A DNA stretch of 64,000 nt from an uncultured Verrucomicrobiae bacterium (GCA_963782115.1 CAWAIK010000003.1:384001-448000), one strand, 5' to 3'; numbered from the stretch's first letter, positions 17,599 to 28,388 are shown. Notes: generated by a model not told the origin, from the letters alone. Translations and numbers: made by a program.

Positions 17599-19737
17599 AT
17601 GAACAAAAAGATCCGATTTTTCGGGAGGCTTTTCATCGGTTTCGCACTGTCGGGCGCTATTTGTCTTTCGGTATTGGGAGCCTTTTACTTTGCGTGGGCG
17701 CTGACTTTCAATCTCAAGGACGTCGGCAAGATCCCGGAGCGATCATCAGTCTACGACATGGACGGAAAGGCGTATAGCCGACTCAGAGGCGAGAACCGAA
17801 TCCTGATCGAGCCCGGAAAGATTTCGCCATTGTTCAGATTGGCGCTCCTTGCGCGGGAAGACTCGCGCTTTTACGACCATCATGGAATAGATCCCATAGG
17901 GATCGGTCGAGCGCTCCTTCGCGATGTTGTTCACCTGCATGTTCGGGAAGGAGGCAGCACGATTACTCAACAACTGGCCCGGAACAGTTTTCCTCTTGGC
18001 GGCCGCAATCTGAGCCGGAAAATACTGGAAGCGTTCGTTGCCCTCCGGATCGAGTCCTCTTATTCCAAAGACCAGATATTGGAATTCTACGCGAACAGGA
18101 TTTACTTCGGGTCAGGCGTGTACGGCCTTGAAACCGCCAGCCAAGCTTATTTCGGAAAGTCTTCGGCCGATTTGACTCTCTCGGAAGCGGCCTTGCTTGC
18201 CGGGCTGATTCGGAGCCCGAATCGGTATTCGCCCCGGACCAACATGGAGGGTGCGATTGATCAGCGAGACGATGTGCTCGATCGGATGGCAGAATTGAAG
18301 CTGCTCTCTTCCTCTCAAGCCAACGGTGCGAAAAAGCCGTCGGTGCATCTCGCGAACAGGCGCACATCCACTGCTCAGGAAAACTACGCGATGGATGCAA
18401 TCTATCGCGAACTGCAGGGGATCGTCAGCCAGGACGCCATCGATAGCGGTGGGTTGCGCATCTATACCTCGCTTGATCCGGAGCTCCAGCGCACGGCTGA
18501 ACAGGCCACCGACAATCTGTTAACCCAGGTGGAGACCAAACCAAACTACAAACATCCAAGGAAAAGCGACTTCACCGAGCAATCGCGAGCCGCAGAAGAA
18601 CAAACTGCTTACCTCCAGGGTGCGGTTGTCGCGATGGACAATCGCACGGGAGCAATTCGAGCACTGGTCGGAGGACGTGACTATCGCGACAGCAAGTATA
18701 ATCGTGCTCTGCAGGCGTACCGCCAGGTGGGCTCAATTTTCAAACCATTTGTTTACGCTGCAGCATACGGTCGCGGAATGATGCCCGGCACCGGGGTCGA
18801 CGACGCTCCATTGCAGCATGGAGAAATATCAGCCGCTCCTAACTGGCATCCGGACAATTCGGACCGGGAAAATCACGGAGTTCTACCGGCCCGGAACGGC
18901 CTGATTTTCTCAAGAAATACGATGACGATCCGAGTGGGTGAACTGGCGACGCTGGATCGCGTGATTTCGATCGGTCAATCCGCCGGATTCGCACGAACTA
19001 TTCCCCGCCTCCCTGCAATCTATCTCGGCGCATTTGAATCAGATCTAAAAGATATTACAGCCGCCTATTCTGCATTTGCCGCGCAAGGTAAACGAAAGGA
19101 ACCCTACCTGATTGAGCGGATCGACGACGCCGACGAGAATGTAATTTACCAGGCTCACCCCAGCGATAAGCAGGCGATCTCCCCGGCGATCGCATGGATG
19201 ATTGCCCAAACCGTGCGAGGGGTAATCGAACATGGCACAGCCGCATCTGCCAAATCGCTCGGCCTCACACGGTATGCCGCAGGAAAGACCGGCACGACGG
19301 ACGACTACAAGGACGCTTGGTTCGTGGGTTTCACGAATTCGCTGACGTGCGGCGTCTGGGCCGGATTTGATCAACCGCAAACAATCCAGGAGCACGGTTA
19401 CGGTGCAACATTAGCGCTTCCAATCTGGGTCAAGGTCATGGAGAAGGCCTCGCGACAAAAATATCCGGATGGGCCGTTTCCGGCTCCGGAACCATTGATG
19501 CGCGTCCGGCTCTGCTCAGTATCGAATCGCCTGGCCACGGACGCTTGCGTCGCAGCGGGAGACGCTTATGAGATAATGCTGCCTCAATCGATTGTTCCTG
19601 CTCAATCCTGTCCGGTGCACGAGGGTCGACAACTCGGCGGATCCATCGGTTCCAATGGCTCGAGAGAACAGCACGGCGAAAATGAAGATTTCACAAGCCA
19701 TTTGTTCCGGTCGTTACGCCATCTATTCGGCGGTTAA
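17599..19737 (+). CDS. Class A penicillin-binding protein (PBP1A family)
   Basis: Transglycosylase motifs EDSRFYDHHG, GGSTITQQL and RKILE. Transpeptidase motifs SIFK, SRN and KTG. Confidence 0.93.
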   Translation: MNKKIRFFGRLFIGFALSGAICLSVLGAFYFAWALTFNLKDVGKIPERSSVYDMDGKAYSRLRGENRILIEPGKISPLFRLALLAREDSRFYDHHGIDPIGIGRALLRDVVHLHVREGGSTITQQLARNSFPLGGRNLSRKILEAFVALRIESSYSKDQILEFYANRIYFGSGVYGLETASQAYFGKSSADLTLSEAALLAGLIRSPNRYSPRTNMEGAIDQRDDVLDRMAELKLLSSSQANGAKKPSVHLANRRTSTAQENYAMDAIYRELQGIVSQDAIDSGGLRIYTSLDPELQRTAEQATDNLLTQVETKPNYKHPRKSDFTEQSRAAEEQTAYLQGAVVAMDNRTGAIRALVGGRDYRDSKYNRALQAYRQVGSIFKPFVYAAAYGRGMMPGTGVDDAPLQHGEISAAPNWHPDNSDRENHGVLPARNGLIFSRNTMTIRVGELATLDRVISIGQSAGFARTIPRLPAIYLGAFESDLKDITAAYSAFAAQGKRKEPYLIERIDDADENVIYQAHPSDKQAISPAIAWMIAQTVRGVIEHGTAASAKSLGLTRYAAGKTGTTDDYKDAWFVGFTNSLTCGVWAGFDQPQTIQEHGYGATLALPIWVKVMEKASRQKYPDGPFPAPEPLMRVRLCSVSNRLATDACVAAGDAYEIMLPQSIVPAQSCPVHEGRQLGGSIGSNGSREQHGENEDFTSHLFRSLRHLFGG

Positions 19738-19745
19738 TCTGCGGT

Positions 19746-21845
19746 TTATATTCTTCCGTTTATAATCTCTTTGGCCAGCCGCGACGCCTTTGCCTTGAGA
19801 CCGTCCTCGGCAGCGCCGTGAGTTGGGAGTGAGCCGCCATGCCACTTTTGGAGCAACAGCATATTATAGTAGATCCGCGCGAGGGCCTGCTCACGGCCGG
19901 CCGCCTTTGGCAGGTCGCTCTGATCCAGCTGCGCACGGTCTTCGGCCGGCACATGGGCCGGAATTCGAAACAGAAGGCGCCAGAAACTTTCGGATCCGTT
20001 AAATTCATCCGGCGCCACCCGCCGGTATCTAAGGGCATTTGACCGTAAATTGCGAACGCCCGCATAGTCGCGGTTCAGCGCATCTCCGGCCTTCAGCATT
20101 CCGGCGCCGAGATAAAGATCAGGTTTATCCTGGCCCTTCTTTCTTTTCGCGGACATCAGCAGTGCGTCATAGACGGCTTCAGCTTTGCGCCAGGAGTTCC
20201 ATTCGCCTGGACCGAACTCTCGTCGGTGCTGTTCGAGCCAGAGAGCGGCGGCGGCGGCTACCTGCGGAGTGGCGGCAGAAGTCCCGCTCCCATTTAGAGA
20301 CACGCCGTTTGTGCCGCTTAGCCATGGAACATTTGGGGTATAGCCAGCAATCGGATAGGGGCGCAATTCGCCTGATTCCGCCTCCACTTCGTCGACGTTC
20401 ACCCGAGGGTTCAGCCCTGCGAGCCACCCGTCCGGTCCATAACTGCCGCGGAAACCCCATTCATTGATCGATTTGAACCGCCGAAATAACCGGGCGACGG
20501 AATTACCCGAATAGGTTTTTCCTTCGCTGGTCACGCCAGTCACGCCGATCACGCGGCGGAACGCGGCCGGGTAAACAGGCGAAGCTGGGACGATCAATCC
20601 ATCGGGGCGCCAGCCATAGGGCAATAGCGAAAAGAAATCGCCTTCGGCTGCGAACATCGCCGTGCCACGTTCATAAGCGGCGTTGACCGCATCCACCCAA
20701 GTCTGGGTCGGTGACCCTCCGTGGCTCATCGAAATAACATCGCAGTGCTTAACCCGGCTGGCATAGTCGATCCCGTAAGCAAGCGCCGCGGTTCCCAGAG
20801 AGATAGGATCCGATGCAACCCGCACCGGCACCACTCTGGCCAGAGGCACGCCTCCAAGCCAAACAGGGGTCTCAGTTCCAGCCTGACTCGCCGTACCGGG
20901 CGTTTTCAGGATGATCTTACGTCCTGCCAGCAGCCCGATTGTCCCCATTCCATGGGAAGGATTGGCTCCCACGCTCCTATGCTCCGCTTCACCCGGAATC
21001 CAAAGTTGTGATTGCTGCCAACCATGAACCCAGCCGTCAGCATCCGCCATTCGACTCTCATCGACATACAACGGCGACGCGACGTGACGATCGTCAAATC
21101 CGGTGTCAAGGATACCCACCCGAACACGCCATTCTCCTGTATGCCTCGTCATAACCCGAGCGCGAGCGGCAGAAAGCTGGGAAAAAGAAGGATTTTGATA
21201 CCAGAACTGCCGATATTCGGGGTGCTTGCCGCCGGAGTCATCTGCCGCCCCGCTCGGGATCGGCCAGACGGAACTTGGTTCTCCATTCACATAGATGACT
21301 TTTGGACTCGCTGACCGCGTACCCAGTCTCGCTCGCTTCTCATGGAACCAGAACGGATGATAGTCTTTTCCACCTCCTGCGTGGACACGGAATTCCCGGG
21401 TGAACATGTTGTCCTTGGCATGCTGCACCGTGTTACCGTAGAAGACCAGGTTGGGCTCGATCATCAGCGGGTAAACCCCAAAGGCTCGGTGGGTCGCATC
21501 CGCTAGTGACGGCACCGCTGCCCTTGCCCACTGCCAGCGCTGCGAGAGCAATTGTGAAAGGGAGAGCGGACGATTCCGGTCGAGGTCCTTGGCACGCCAG
21601 GCCACATACCAATCACCCCGGCTTTGCGGGTCCCGTGGCGCTTCCACTGCGTGGCGGAAGTGCCAAGCTTCGGTAGGTGATAGCCACGCGGCGGGCACCA
21701 TCTCATCAGGGCGAAGATCACTCCGCACCTTCACCATGAGACGCTGGTTGAAACTGACGGAGGAGGTCAACACCGAGCAGGCGCAAAGCCCCGCAGTTAA
21801 AGCAACGACAAACATCGAACCGAACAAGCGCATAAACTGTTTCAT
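19746..21845 (-). CDS. S8 (subtilisin-like) serine peptidase, exported
   Basis: Catalytic motifs ILDTG, SHGMGT and GTSAATPQVA. N-terminal signal or lipoprotein-like sequence. Confidence 0.85.
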   Translation of the reverse strand: MKQFMRLFGSMFVVALTAGLCACSVLTSSVSFNQRLMVKVRSDLRPDEMVPAAWLSPTEAWHFRHAVEAPRDPQSRGDWYVAWRAKDLDRNRPLSLSQLLSQRWQWARAAVPSLADATHRAFGVYPLMIEPNLVFYGNTVQHAKDNMFTREFRVHAGGGKDYHPFWFHEKRARLGTRSASPKVIYVNGEPSSVWPIPSGAADDSGGKHPEYRQFWYQNPSFSQLSAARARVMTRHTGEWRVRVGILDTGFDDRHVASPLYVDESRMADADGWVHGWQQSQLWIPGEAEHRSVGANPSHGMGTIGLLAGRKIILKTPGTASQAGTETPVWLGGVPLARVVPVRVASDPISLGTAALAYGIDYASRVKHCDVISMSHGGSPTQTWVDAVNAAYERGTAMFAAEGDFFSLLPYGWRPDGLIVPASPVYPAAFRRVIGVTGVTSEGKTYSGNSVARLFRRFKSINEWGFRGSYGPDGWLAGLNPRVNVDEVEAESGELRPYPIAGYTPNVPWLSGTNGVSLNGSGTSAATPQVAAAAALWLEQHRREFGPGEWNSWRKAEAVYDALLMSAKRKKGQDKPDLYLGAGMLKAGDALNRDYAGVRNLRSNALRYRRVAPDEFNGSESFWRLLFRIPAHVPAEDRAQLDQSDLPKAAGREQALARIYYNMLLLQKWHGGSLPTHGAAEDGLKAKASRLAKEIINGRI

Positions 21846-22170
21846 GCGGCGGAATTTACCTTTGTTTAGAAGTTAGCCATGCTAGCACCCCGAATAACAG
21901 TCTTGAAAAATTCGGACCCAATGACAATGTTAGCTTATGCCGGCACACAGCCGTGGCCTCTCTTTCACTCCACCGGATGCGCCACCGTATATTCAACCTA
22001 CCGAATCCGATTGGTGATTGGAACAAGAATCTGGAACGCGGAGTTACCCGATCGGGTAATAGATTCGACAGCTATCTTTCAGCTCGTCCGACGGCTTGAG
22101 CAAGGAGCGGTAAGTAATCAATAACGGTCTGATAGCAGTTGCAATCCGTCCAGAACGAGCCACCCTCCAC

Positions 22171-24093
22171 TTACCGCGCGCCATTCTGAAAATTCAGATA
22201 GGTATATCCTTTCAGGCCGCGTTCGTACTCGCTTAGGAGACGCATCGCTTCATTCGGTTTCAGACGATCTGATTTGATTGCTGCATCGACCTGCGCTTTC
22301 ACCAGGCGAATCAGCTCGGGTTGATCCCACTGCGTCATCGACAAAACGCTTCCGACGGTGCTGCCCTCGATGACTTCCTCGATGTACCACCCCGAATCCT
22401 CGTCTTCATCCAGGAAAACGTGCACCTCGTTTACCCGGCCAAAAAGGTTATGGAGATCGCCCATGATATCCTGGTAGGCACCCATCAAAAAAAATCCCAG
22501 GTAGTAAGGCTCTCCGGATCGAATCCGATGCAGCGGCAACGTCTCTTTGACATCTTGCAAATCGATAAACTTGCTCACCTTGCCGTCTGAATCACACGTA
22601 ATATCCACCAGCGTCCCATTGCGATCCGGTGGTTGGTCCAAATGATGGATCGGCATAATCGGAAAGAGCTGCCCGAGCGCCCAATGATCCAGCAAGGATT
22701 GGAAGACCGAAAAATTACAGAGATACTGATCTCCCAGCGAAGTCTCCAGCTCTTTGACTTCTTCCGGTACATACCGCATTCCGCGACAGAGTTCGACGAC
22801 CGAGTCCGCGATTTGCCAATAGATAGTCTCTATCTTGGCCTTGCTGTCCAGATCCAGCAACCCAAGCTCAAACATCGATTGGCATTGCTCCTTGATCTGC
22901 TGCGCATCGTGCAGCACCTCCATGCGATTCTGTTTCGTCAGCGCTTTCTGGGTTTCAACCATCTCGTGAAACACCTTCGGATCTGTCTCTCTTCTCTCAA
23001 GACACAGGTCGCCGCCTATTTTCTCGATTGAACCAAATGCTTCCACTACCAGCACGGAATGATGAGCAACGATTGCCCGACCGCCTTCACTGACGATCGT
23101 CGGATGCGGCACTTTTTCTGAATCGCAGACGTCGATGATATTATAAACCACGTCTCTGGCGTACTCCTGCAGCGTGTAGTTCATAGAGCTGTCGGAAGCA
23201 GTCCTCGAACCGTCGTAGTCGACGCCCAATCCACCGCCGACATCGATGAATTGCATTGGATGACCCATCTGTGACAGTTTGGCGTAAAAGCGAGCTGCTT
23301 CTCGTACCGCTCGTTTGATCACGCCGATGTCGGGCACTTGAGAACCAACATGAAAATGAACCAGCACCAAAGACTCAGGCATCCCCTCACTCTTCAAAAT
23401 ATTGCTAGCCGCGATCAGGTCCGCTGTCGACAAGCCGAACTTCGCATTTTCTCCCCCGCTGGTTGACCATTTTCCCGAACCCTTCGATTGGACACGCACG
23501 CGCAGTCCTATTAACGGCGTCACGCTCATTTCTCTGGAGATCTGCAGGATCTGCCGAACCTCTTCGAGCTTCTCGACCACCATGATCACTTGTTTCCCCA
23601 GCTTTCGGCCGAGCAAGGCGTTCTTAATGAACGTCGGATCCTTGTAACCGTTGCAGATGATCAGGCCTTCGGGATCACGGTGAACGGCCAAGGCGGCGAT
23701 TAACTCCGGTTTGCTGCCGGCTTCGAGGCCAAAATTGAATGGCCGGCCTGCATCCATGATCTCTTCGACGACTTCCCGAAGCTGGTTGACTTTGATCGGG
23801 AAAACTCCTTTGTAAACGTTCTGATAGTTTGCTTCGGAGATCGCTGACTGAAAGGCACGATTGATTGTCTCGACTCTGTGCCTGAGAAGATCCTGGAACC
23901 GTACAACGAGAGGGAAAGCCATCCCGCGATCCCGTGCCTCGGAGACCACTTCCATCAGATCGATCGCCTGGCCGTACGCCTGCGTTGGCATCACTTGGAC
24001 ATTCCCTGCGGCGTTGATATTGAAGTACCCGCTACCCCACCGATCGATATCGTAGAGGGCTATAGCGGAAGGAATATCCCACGTTTCAGTCAT
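22171..24093 (-). CDS. speA: Biosynthetic arginine decarboxylase
   Basis: FPIKVNQ (PLP lysine), EAGSKPEL, HFHVGSQ, DVGGGLGVDYDG, DITCDSDG and GAYQDIMGDLHNLFG. Confidence 0.96.
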   Translation of the reverse strand: MTETWDIPSAIALYDIDRWGSGYFNINAAGNVQVMPTQAYGQAIDLMEVVSEARDRGMAFPLVVRFQDLLRHRVETINRAFQSAISEANYQNVYKGVFPIKVNQLREVVEEIMDAGRPFNFGLEAGSKPELIAALAVHRDPEGLIICNGYKDPTFIKNALLGRKLGKQVIMVVEKLEEVRQILQISREMSVTPLIGLRVRVQSKGSGKWSTSGGENAKFGLSTADLIAASNILKSEGMPESLVLVHFHVGSQVPDIGVIKRAVREAARFYAKLSQMGHPMQFIDVGGGLGVDYDGSRTASDSSMNYTLQEYARDVVYNIIDVCDSEKVPHPTIVSEGGRAIVAHHSVLVVEAFGSIEKIGGDLCLERRETDPKVFHEMVETQKALTKQNRMEVLHDAQQIKEQCQSMFELGLLDLDSKAKIETIYWQIADSVVELCRGMRYVPEEVKELETSLGDQYLCNFSVFQSLLDHWALGQLFPIMPIHHLDQPPDRNGTLVDITCDSDGKVSKFIDLQDVKETLPLHRIRSGEPYYLGFFLMGAYQDIMGDLHNLFGRVNEVHVFLDEDEDSGWYIEEVIEGSTVGSVLSMTQWDQPELIRLVKAQVDAAIKSDRLKPNEAMRLLSEYERGLKGYTYLNFQNGAR

Positions 24094-24178
24094 TGCGACG
24101 CCACACTATGTGACAAGGTTCCAAATTCAATAAGGAGCTGCGAAAAACTGGACAGAACCCTCCGATTCCGCGTCGCCC

Positions 24179-24652
24179 TCACTCTTCTTCATCCGTTTCT
24201 TCGGATTGGGAACTCTCCTCTTCCATTTTCCGAAGGACTTCGCTCATGTCCTCTACTTCCTCCCAAACCTCACGACTGACATAGATGGGAGCCGTTTGCT
24301 GCGTTGCCATCGCGATACAGTCGCTGGGTCGCGCATCAATCTCGATGATCTTTTTTTGTTGCAATTCATTCTCCGCACTGAGAATCAATCTCGCAAAATA
24401 GGTGCCACGTTTGAGATCGTTGACAATCACGCGTTCAACCTTGGCTCCCAGCGCCCTCAAAATGTGCGCCAGCAGATCATGCGTAAGCGGCCGTTCCTTT
24501 TGAGTTCCCCGCATGAACATGGTGATCGCCGCGCCAACGCTCTGGTCCACGTAGATCACAAAAACCTTTTGCTCGTTGCCAATAAAAACCGCGCAGCCAC
24601 CGCTCGTGGGAATCACCGCGCGAACCTGCACTTCGACAACGGGTTTGCTCAT
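24179..24652 (-). CDS. Bifunctional nuclease family (DUF151)
   Basis: RPLTHDLL and IDARPSDCIAMA. Confidence 0.92.
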   Translation of the reverse strand: MSKPVVEVQVRAVIPTSGGCAVFIGNEQKVFVIYVDQSVGAAITMFMRGTQKERPLTHDLLAHILRALGAKVERVIVNDLKRGTYFARLILSAENELQQKKIIEIDARPSDCIAMATQQTAPIYVSREVWEEVEDMSEVLRKMEEESSQSEETDEEE

Positions 24653-24799
24653 ACCGCAAGCCTAGCCAGTCGCCTAATCGCTTCAAGATCCGAATTGTCC
24701 GTATGCACGTGAAGTCCAGAGCGCCTATACGCCGGCGATCATCCATTCCAGGATCCATCAGTCGGCAGCATCAAAAAAAAACCGGCAATAGCACCTCGC

Positions 24800-25291
24800 T
24801 TATTCATCCTCCATCGCATCGATAATCCGCTCCTGGATCTCCGCATAAAAGTTAATTTGCTGCAGGACCAGGTCGCGACGCGAGAACCATTTCGGCGGTT
24901 CGTGCATCGAAAGTTCTCGGTCGCTGAAGTTGAACTTAGTCGCAAGGATCAGTCGAGCCTGGTTCAAAGCGTTCAACCAGGCGTCGCTGTGTGCACGCGG
25001 AACGACGAGCCGGCCCAGGCGCCCGGGATAATCCGACAGGTTCTTCAGATCCTCGTTGACCGTATTCCTGGCCGAAAGAAAAAGGTGCACAAGCTCCGGT
25101 CGCACGTACTCGGCCCAATCGTTCAGAAACTGACCTTCACTGGAATCGGCGGGATTGCTGAAGAGCCGCGCTTCGGATCGATTATCCGTTCCGCTATCGC
25201 ACACACCAGGGACCTGCCGAAGCAATTCCGCTTCGATTGGCTCAATGTCCATGAGCTCGATCGAGTTCTCTTTCAGTCGGCGAATCAACAT
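24800..25291 (-). CDS. DUF2017 family protein
   Basis: EARLFSNP, DWAEYVRPEL and AWLNALNQARL. Lies directly downstream of clpS; start ATG at 25291. Confidence 0.75.
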   Translation of the reverse strand: MLIRRLKENSIELMDIEPIEAELLRQVPGVCDSGTDNRSEARLFSNPADSSEGQFLNDWAEYVRPELVHLFLSARNTVNEDLKNLSDYPGRLGRLVVPRAHSDAWLNALNQARLILATKFNFSDRELSMHEPPKWFSRRDLVLQQINFYAEIQERIIDAMEDE

Positions 25292-25292
25292 C

Positions 25293-25568
25293 TCATTCCG
25301 CTCTCTCCAACGTCGCGAGTAACAGATACCCGTGCAACTGCTGGACATAAAATTCCGCTCGTTCGCGTGCGCCGGTCCAAACAATCGAGCGCCCTTTGTA
25401 ATGGACCTCCAACATGTGATGTTGCGCCTTCTGTTTTGTGAATCCAAAAACCCGCTGAAAAACCATCGTCACGTAGCTCATCAGATTCACCGGATCGTCG
25501 TGCACCACAACGTTCCACGGAGTCCCCAGTGACGTCTCAACCTTCGTTTCAACAACTGTCTCAGCCAT
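25293..25568 (-). CDS. clpS: ATP-dependent Clp protease adaptor ClpS
   Basis: WNVVVHDDPVNLMSYV and MLEVHYKGRSIV. Confidence 0.93.
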   Translation of the reverse strand: MAETVVETKVETSLGTPWNVVVHDDPVNLMSYVTMVFQRVFGFTKQKAQHHMLEVHYKGRSIVWTGARERAEFYVQQLHGYLLLATLERAE

Positions 25569-26118
25569 GGAAACGCAAACCCTCAGTCGATCCGTTTGAG
25601 GATATACGCAAGAACTCGTTTACTGACCCCACGGACGCTTCAAGTAATTTCAACCGGCCGTTCTCGTCAGGCGCGCCGACAGACAGCTCCTGCACCAGGT
25701 AACCAAGGATTGCGGTCCGAACAGGAATTGAAAATGCGCCGCATCTGACGCCATACAAAGTCGCGAAATGTCCAAAAGCCTCACCAGTTTGCATGGCTTC
25801 CTGAATCCTGGCCATCAGTCGTTCGCCGCGAGGCGTGCTCTGTTGCAGCAGCAATCGCCCGGCTTCGATACTGCGTTGCCGCGGCCACGGTTTCAGCCTC
25901 TGGTTCAACTGCGCGTCCAGCAGGATGATTTCCCTCGCAGATTGGCGCGCCGAAAGGTCCAGCACCTTTAGAAGATGCGGAAGCAGGACCGGCTCAAATA
26001 AGGTTTTCATCCACCGTTGCCAGCTATCTGCCACCGGGCCTTCGACCTGCCAGGAGATCGCCCGCGCGGAGTCGAAGTCCGGATTGCATCGTTGGACAAT
26101 CTTACTGAGTTCGCTCAT
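25561..26118 (-). CDS. UreF-like protein (orphan)
   Basis: EIILLDAQL...RQRSIEAGRLLL...GHFATLYG resembles the core of urease accessory protein UreF. Confidence 0.5.
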   Translation of the reverse strand: MSELSKIVQRCNPDFDSARAISWQVEGPVADSWQRWMKTLFEPVLLPHLLKVLDLSARQSAREIILLDAQLNQRLKPWPRQRSIEAGRLLLQQSTPRGERLMARIQEAMQTGEAFGHFATLYGVRCGAFSIPVRTAILGYLVQELSVGAPDENGRLKLLEASVGSVNEFLRISSNGSTEGLRFHG

Positions 26119-26244
26119 GGCAAAACCTGCGGGTGACATTCCCATCCGCCGATCGTATCACGAGTTGCCCAGCCTGTCAGTGTCAGTATCGGGAAAGCCG
26201 CCGAACGGCGAACGCCAAACGGCGAGTCCGAATGATCTCGGGGT

Positions 26245-26751
26245 TCACAAGCATTTGACCGGTATCAAGAATTCGATCGTACCAGCTCCCGGTTTGAACT
26301 CTTCGAGAGCGAGGCTCATCAGCGTGGCCTTTCGAAAATGGACATTCTCCGCGCGACCCCCAATCAACGCCCCGGCCAGCGTGCTGAAATCCGGCTCGTG
26401 ACCTACCAACATGATGATCGCCTTTCCGGAGGATTTCTCCCGTTCCCGCTTCATGAGGTTGATTGAGGACTCGCGAAGACCGGAGAAAGCTCGCTCCGGG
26501 GTCATGCCAGGCCGCAGAAACTCCTGGATCTGGACCGGCGTCGGTAAATTAAGTTCGCGTGCAAAGAGTTGCGCTGTTTCTTCCGCTCGCTTCAAGGGAC
26601 TCGTCAAAATCATGTCTGGAACGAAACCGTGCTCGAAACAAAACTTGCCCATACTCACGGCTTGTTTCGAGCCTTTCGCAGTCAGAGTGCGCGTCTGATC
26701 GTTGGCTGCGTCGGGTTCAGCTTCGGCGTGGCGTAACAGGAAGAGTTTCAT
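26245..26751 (-). CDS. sixA: Phosphohistidine phosphatase SixA
   Basis: LLRHAEAE, ILTSPLKRAEETA and MLVGHEP. Confidence 0.9.
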   Translation of the reverse strand: MKLFLLRHAEAEPDAANDQTRTLTAKGSKQAVSMGKFCFEHGFVPDMILTSPLKRAEETAQLFARELNLPTPVQIQEFLRPGMTPERAFSGLRESSINLMKREREKSSGKAIIMLVGHEPDFSTLAGALIGGRAENVHFRKATLMSLALEEFKPGAGTIEFLIPVKCL

Positions 26752-26767
26752 GACGAAAATACCCCTT

Positions 26768-27769
26768 TTACCGAGCGCTGCGTTCTATAGCAAGGCATCC
26801 GTTCGGTTTCTCTGCGGTTGGACCAAATGCCTTCAGAAAAGCGACCTCGATAGCGAGCGCTTCCTGGACATTCCTTGAGAGGGAATCTATTAGCGATTGG
26901 AGAGCATCAAGTCGCTCAAGCAGTTCGACGCTCGAAAGGCCTTCTGCCAGCTTGACGGCGGATACACGGTAGTCGGCCAAGTCCAAAAACGGGCTCTCAT
27001 GCTTGATGCGCAGTGCGTCCCCAAGCGATTCAATCGTCTTTAGAACCAAATTCGCCCGCGCTTTAACGTACCTGCTTTCGGTCAGCGCGGAGAGGCGTTC
27101 CTCACGCTCCCCTAGCCAAGTGCCGTCCGTGGTCTGCTTGTAAGCCGTTTGATCCTTTGTCAGAAGTTCGCTATGCTCGGTTTCGATTCTTTCTCGCACC
27201 TTTCCGAGAATTCCGAGAAAAACACGGGAAAATCTTAGGGCCGTGACAACGGAAAATCCGTCAGCCGCAACGATCCGAAAAAGCTCTCCCACCAACTCTG
27301 CTTCCTCGCCCGTAAGGGCTTTCGCGCCGGACGCGCGCAACGAAATCTCGATACAACGAGAGCGGATCGTATCCAGCAACGCTTCGGGAAGCGCGGTCAC
27401 GAGTATTAACACTGAATGATCGGGCGGTTCCTCCAACGTTTTCAAAAAGGCATTCGCGGCTTGCGGCATAAACCGGTCCGCCTCATACACAACCCCAAAT
27501 TTCACTTTGGCCCGGGTTGCGCGCATCCGGAGTGAAGATTCCAGTTCTCGAATTTGTTCAACGAGAATTTTTCTGGACTTGGATTCGGGCTCGATGCCGT
27601 GAAAGTCGACTGCCGCTGTCATGTACCCATTGACGATTCGAAAAAATTCAGTCACCAATCGCCGTTTTCCGCTCCCGTCAGGTCCTGAGAAGAGAAACGA
27701 GTGTGCGAGCCGCCCTTGGGCGTTCGCCTCACCGAGATAGCCTGAGGCCTGTTCAAATGAGAATGCCAT
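26768..27769 (-). CDS. holB: DNA polymerase III delta' subunit
   Basis: AHSFLFSGPDGSGK, AANAFLKTLEEPP and TIRSRC. Follows tmk. Confidence 0.9.
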   Translation of the reverse strand: MAFSFEQASGYLGEANAQGRLAHSFLFSGPDGSGKRRLVTEFFRIVNGYMTAAVDFHGIEPESKSRKILVEQIRELESSLRMRATRAKVKFGVVYEADRFMPQAANAFLKTLEEPPDHSVLILVTALPEALLDTIRSRCIEISLRASGAKALTGEEAELVGELFRIVAADGFSVVTALRFSRVFLGILGKVRERIETEHSELLTKDQTAYKQTTDGTWLGEREERLSALTESRYVKARANLVLKTIESLGDALRIKHESPFLDLADYRVSAVKLAEGLSSVELLERLDALQSLIDSLSRNVQEALAIEVAFLKAFGPTAEKPNGCLAIERSAR

Positions 27770-28388
27770 CGATTTCCTTCCAGATCGCTTCTTCCACTTG
27801 ATCCTCAGTCCCCGAAGCGTCGATGATCTTCAACCGATCCGGCTCGGCGCGGGCGATTTCGAGATATCCGCGTCGAACCTGTTCGAAAAATTCGTCGGAG
27901 AGCCGTTCCATTCTATCCTGCTGTCCGACTGGACGAACCCGGCGCAACTGGCGCGCACGGGAAACTGCGAGGTGGAGATCCAGCAGAAATGTCACATCAG
28001 GCTTGCATCCTCCAGCTACGAATTCATTCAGCGACTTGATAAATGTCAGATCCAATCCTCGGCCAATTCCCTGATAGACGGTGGTTGAATCATAAAACCG
28101 GTCCGACACGACAACCAATCCCTTCTCGATCGCGGGCCGGATTGTCTGACCGACCAGCTGGGCTCGGCTGGCCGCGAAAAGCAGCAATTCCGTTTCATTC
28201 CGCATTGAGTCTCCCGCCTTGGCATGCAGGAGCAGTCGTCGAATCGCTAATCCAATTTCGGTAAAACCTGGCTCGTGCACGGCCAATACCCTTCGACCTC
28301 GCTTTTCGAGTCGGCGCGCAAGGCGCCTGACCTGCGTCGATTTTCCACACCCTTCGCCTCCTTCAAATGTGACAAACAGACCGGGCAT
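27753..28388 (-). CDS. tmk: Thymidylate kinase
   Basis: FEGGEGCGKSTQ and SDRFYDSTTVYQG. Confidence 0.95.
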   Translation of the reverse strand: MPGLFVTFEGGEGCGKSTQVRRLARRLEKRGRRVLAVHEPGFTEIGLAIRRLLLHAKAGDSMRNETELLLFAASRAQLVGQTIRPAIEKGLVVVSDRFYDSTTVYQGIGRGLDLTFIKSLNEFVAGGCKPDVTFLLDLHLAVSRARQLRRVRPVGQQDRMERLSDEFFEQVRRGYLEIARAEPDRLKIIDASGTEDQVEEAIWKEIDGILI

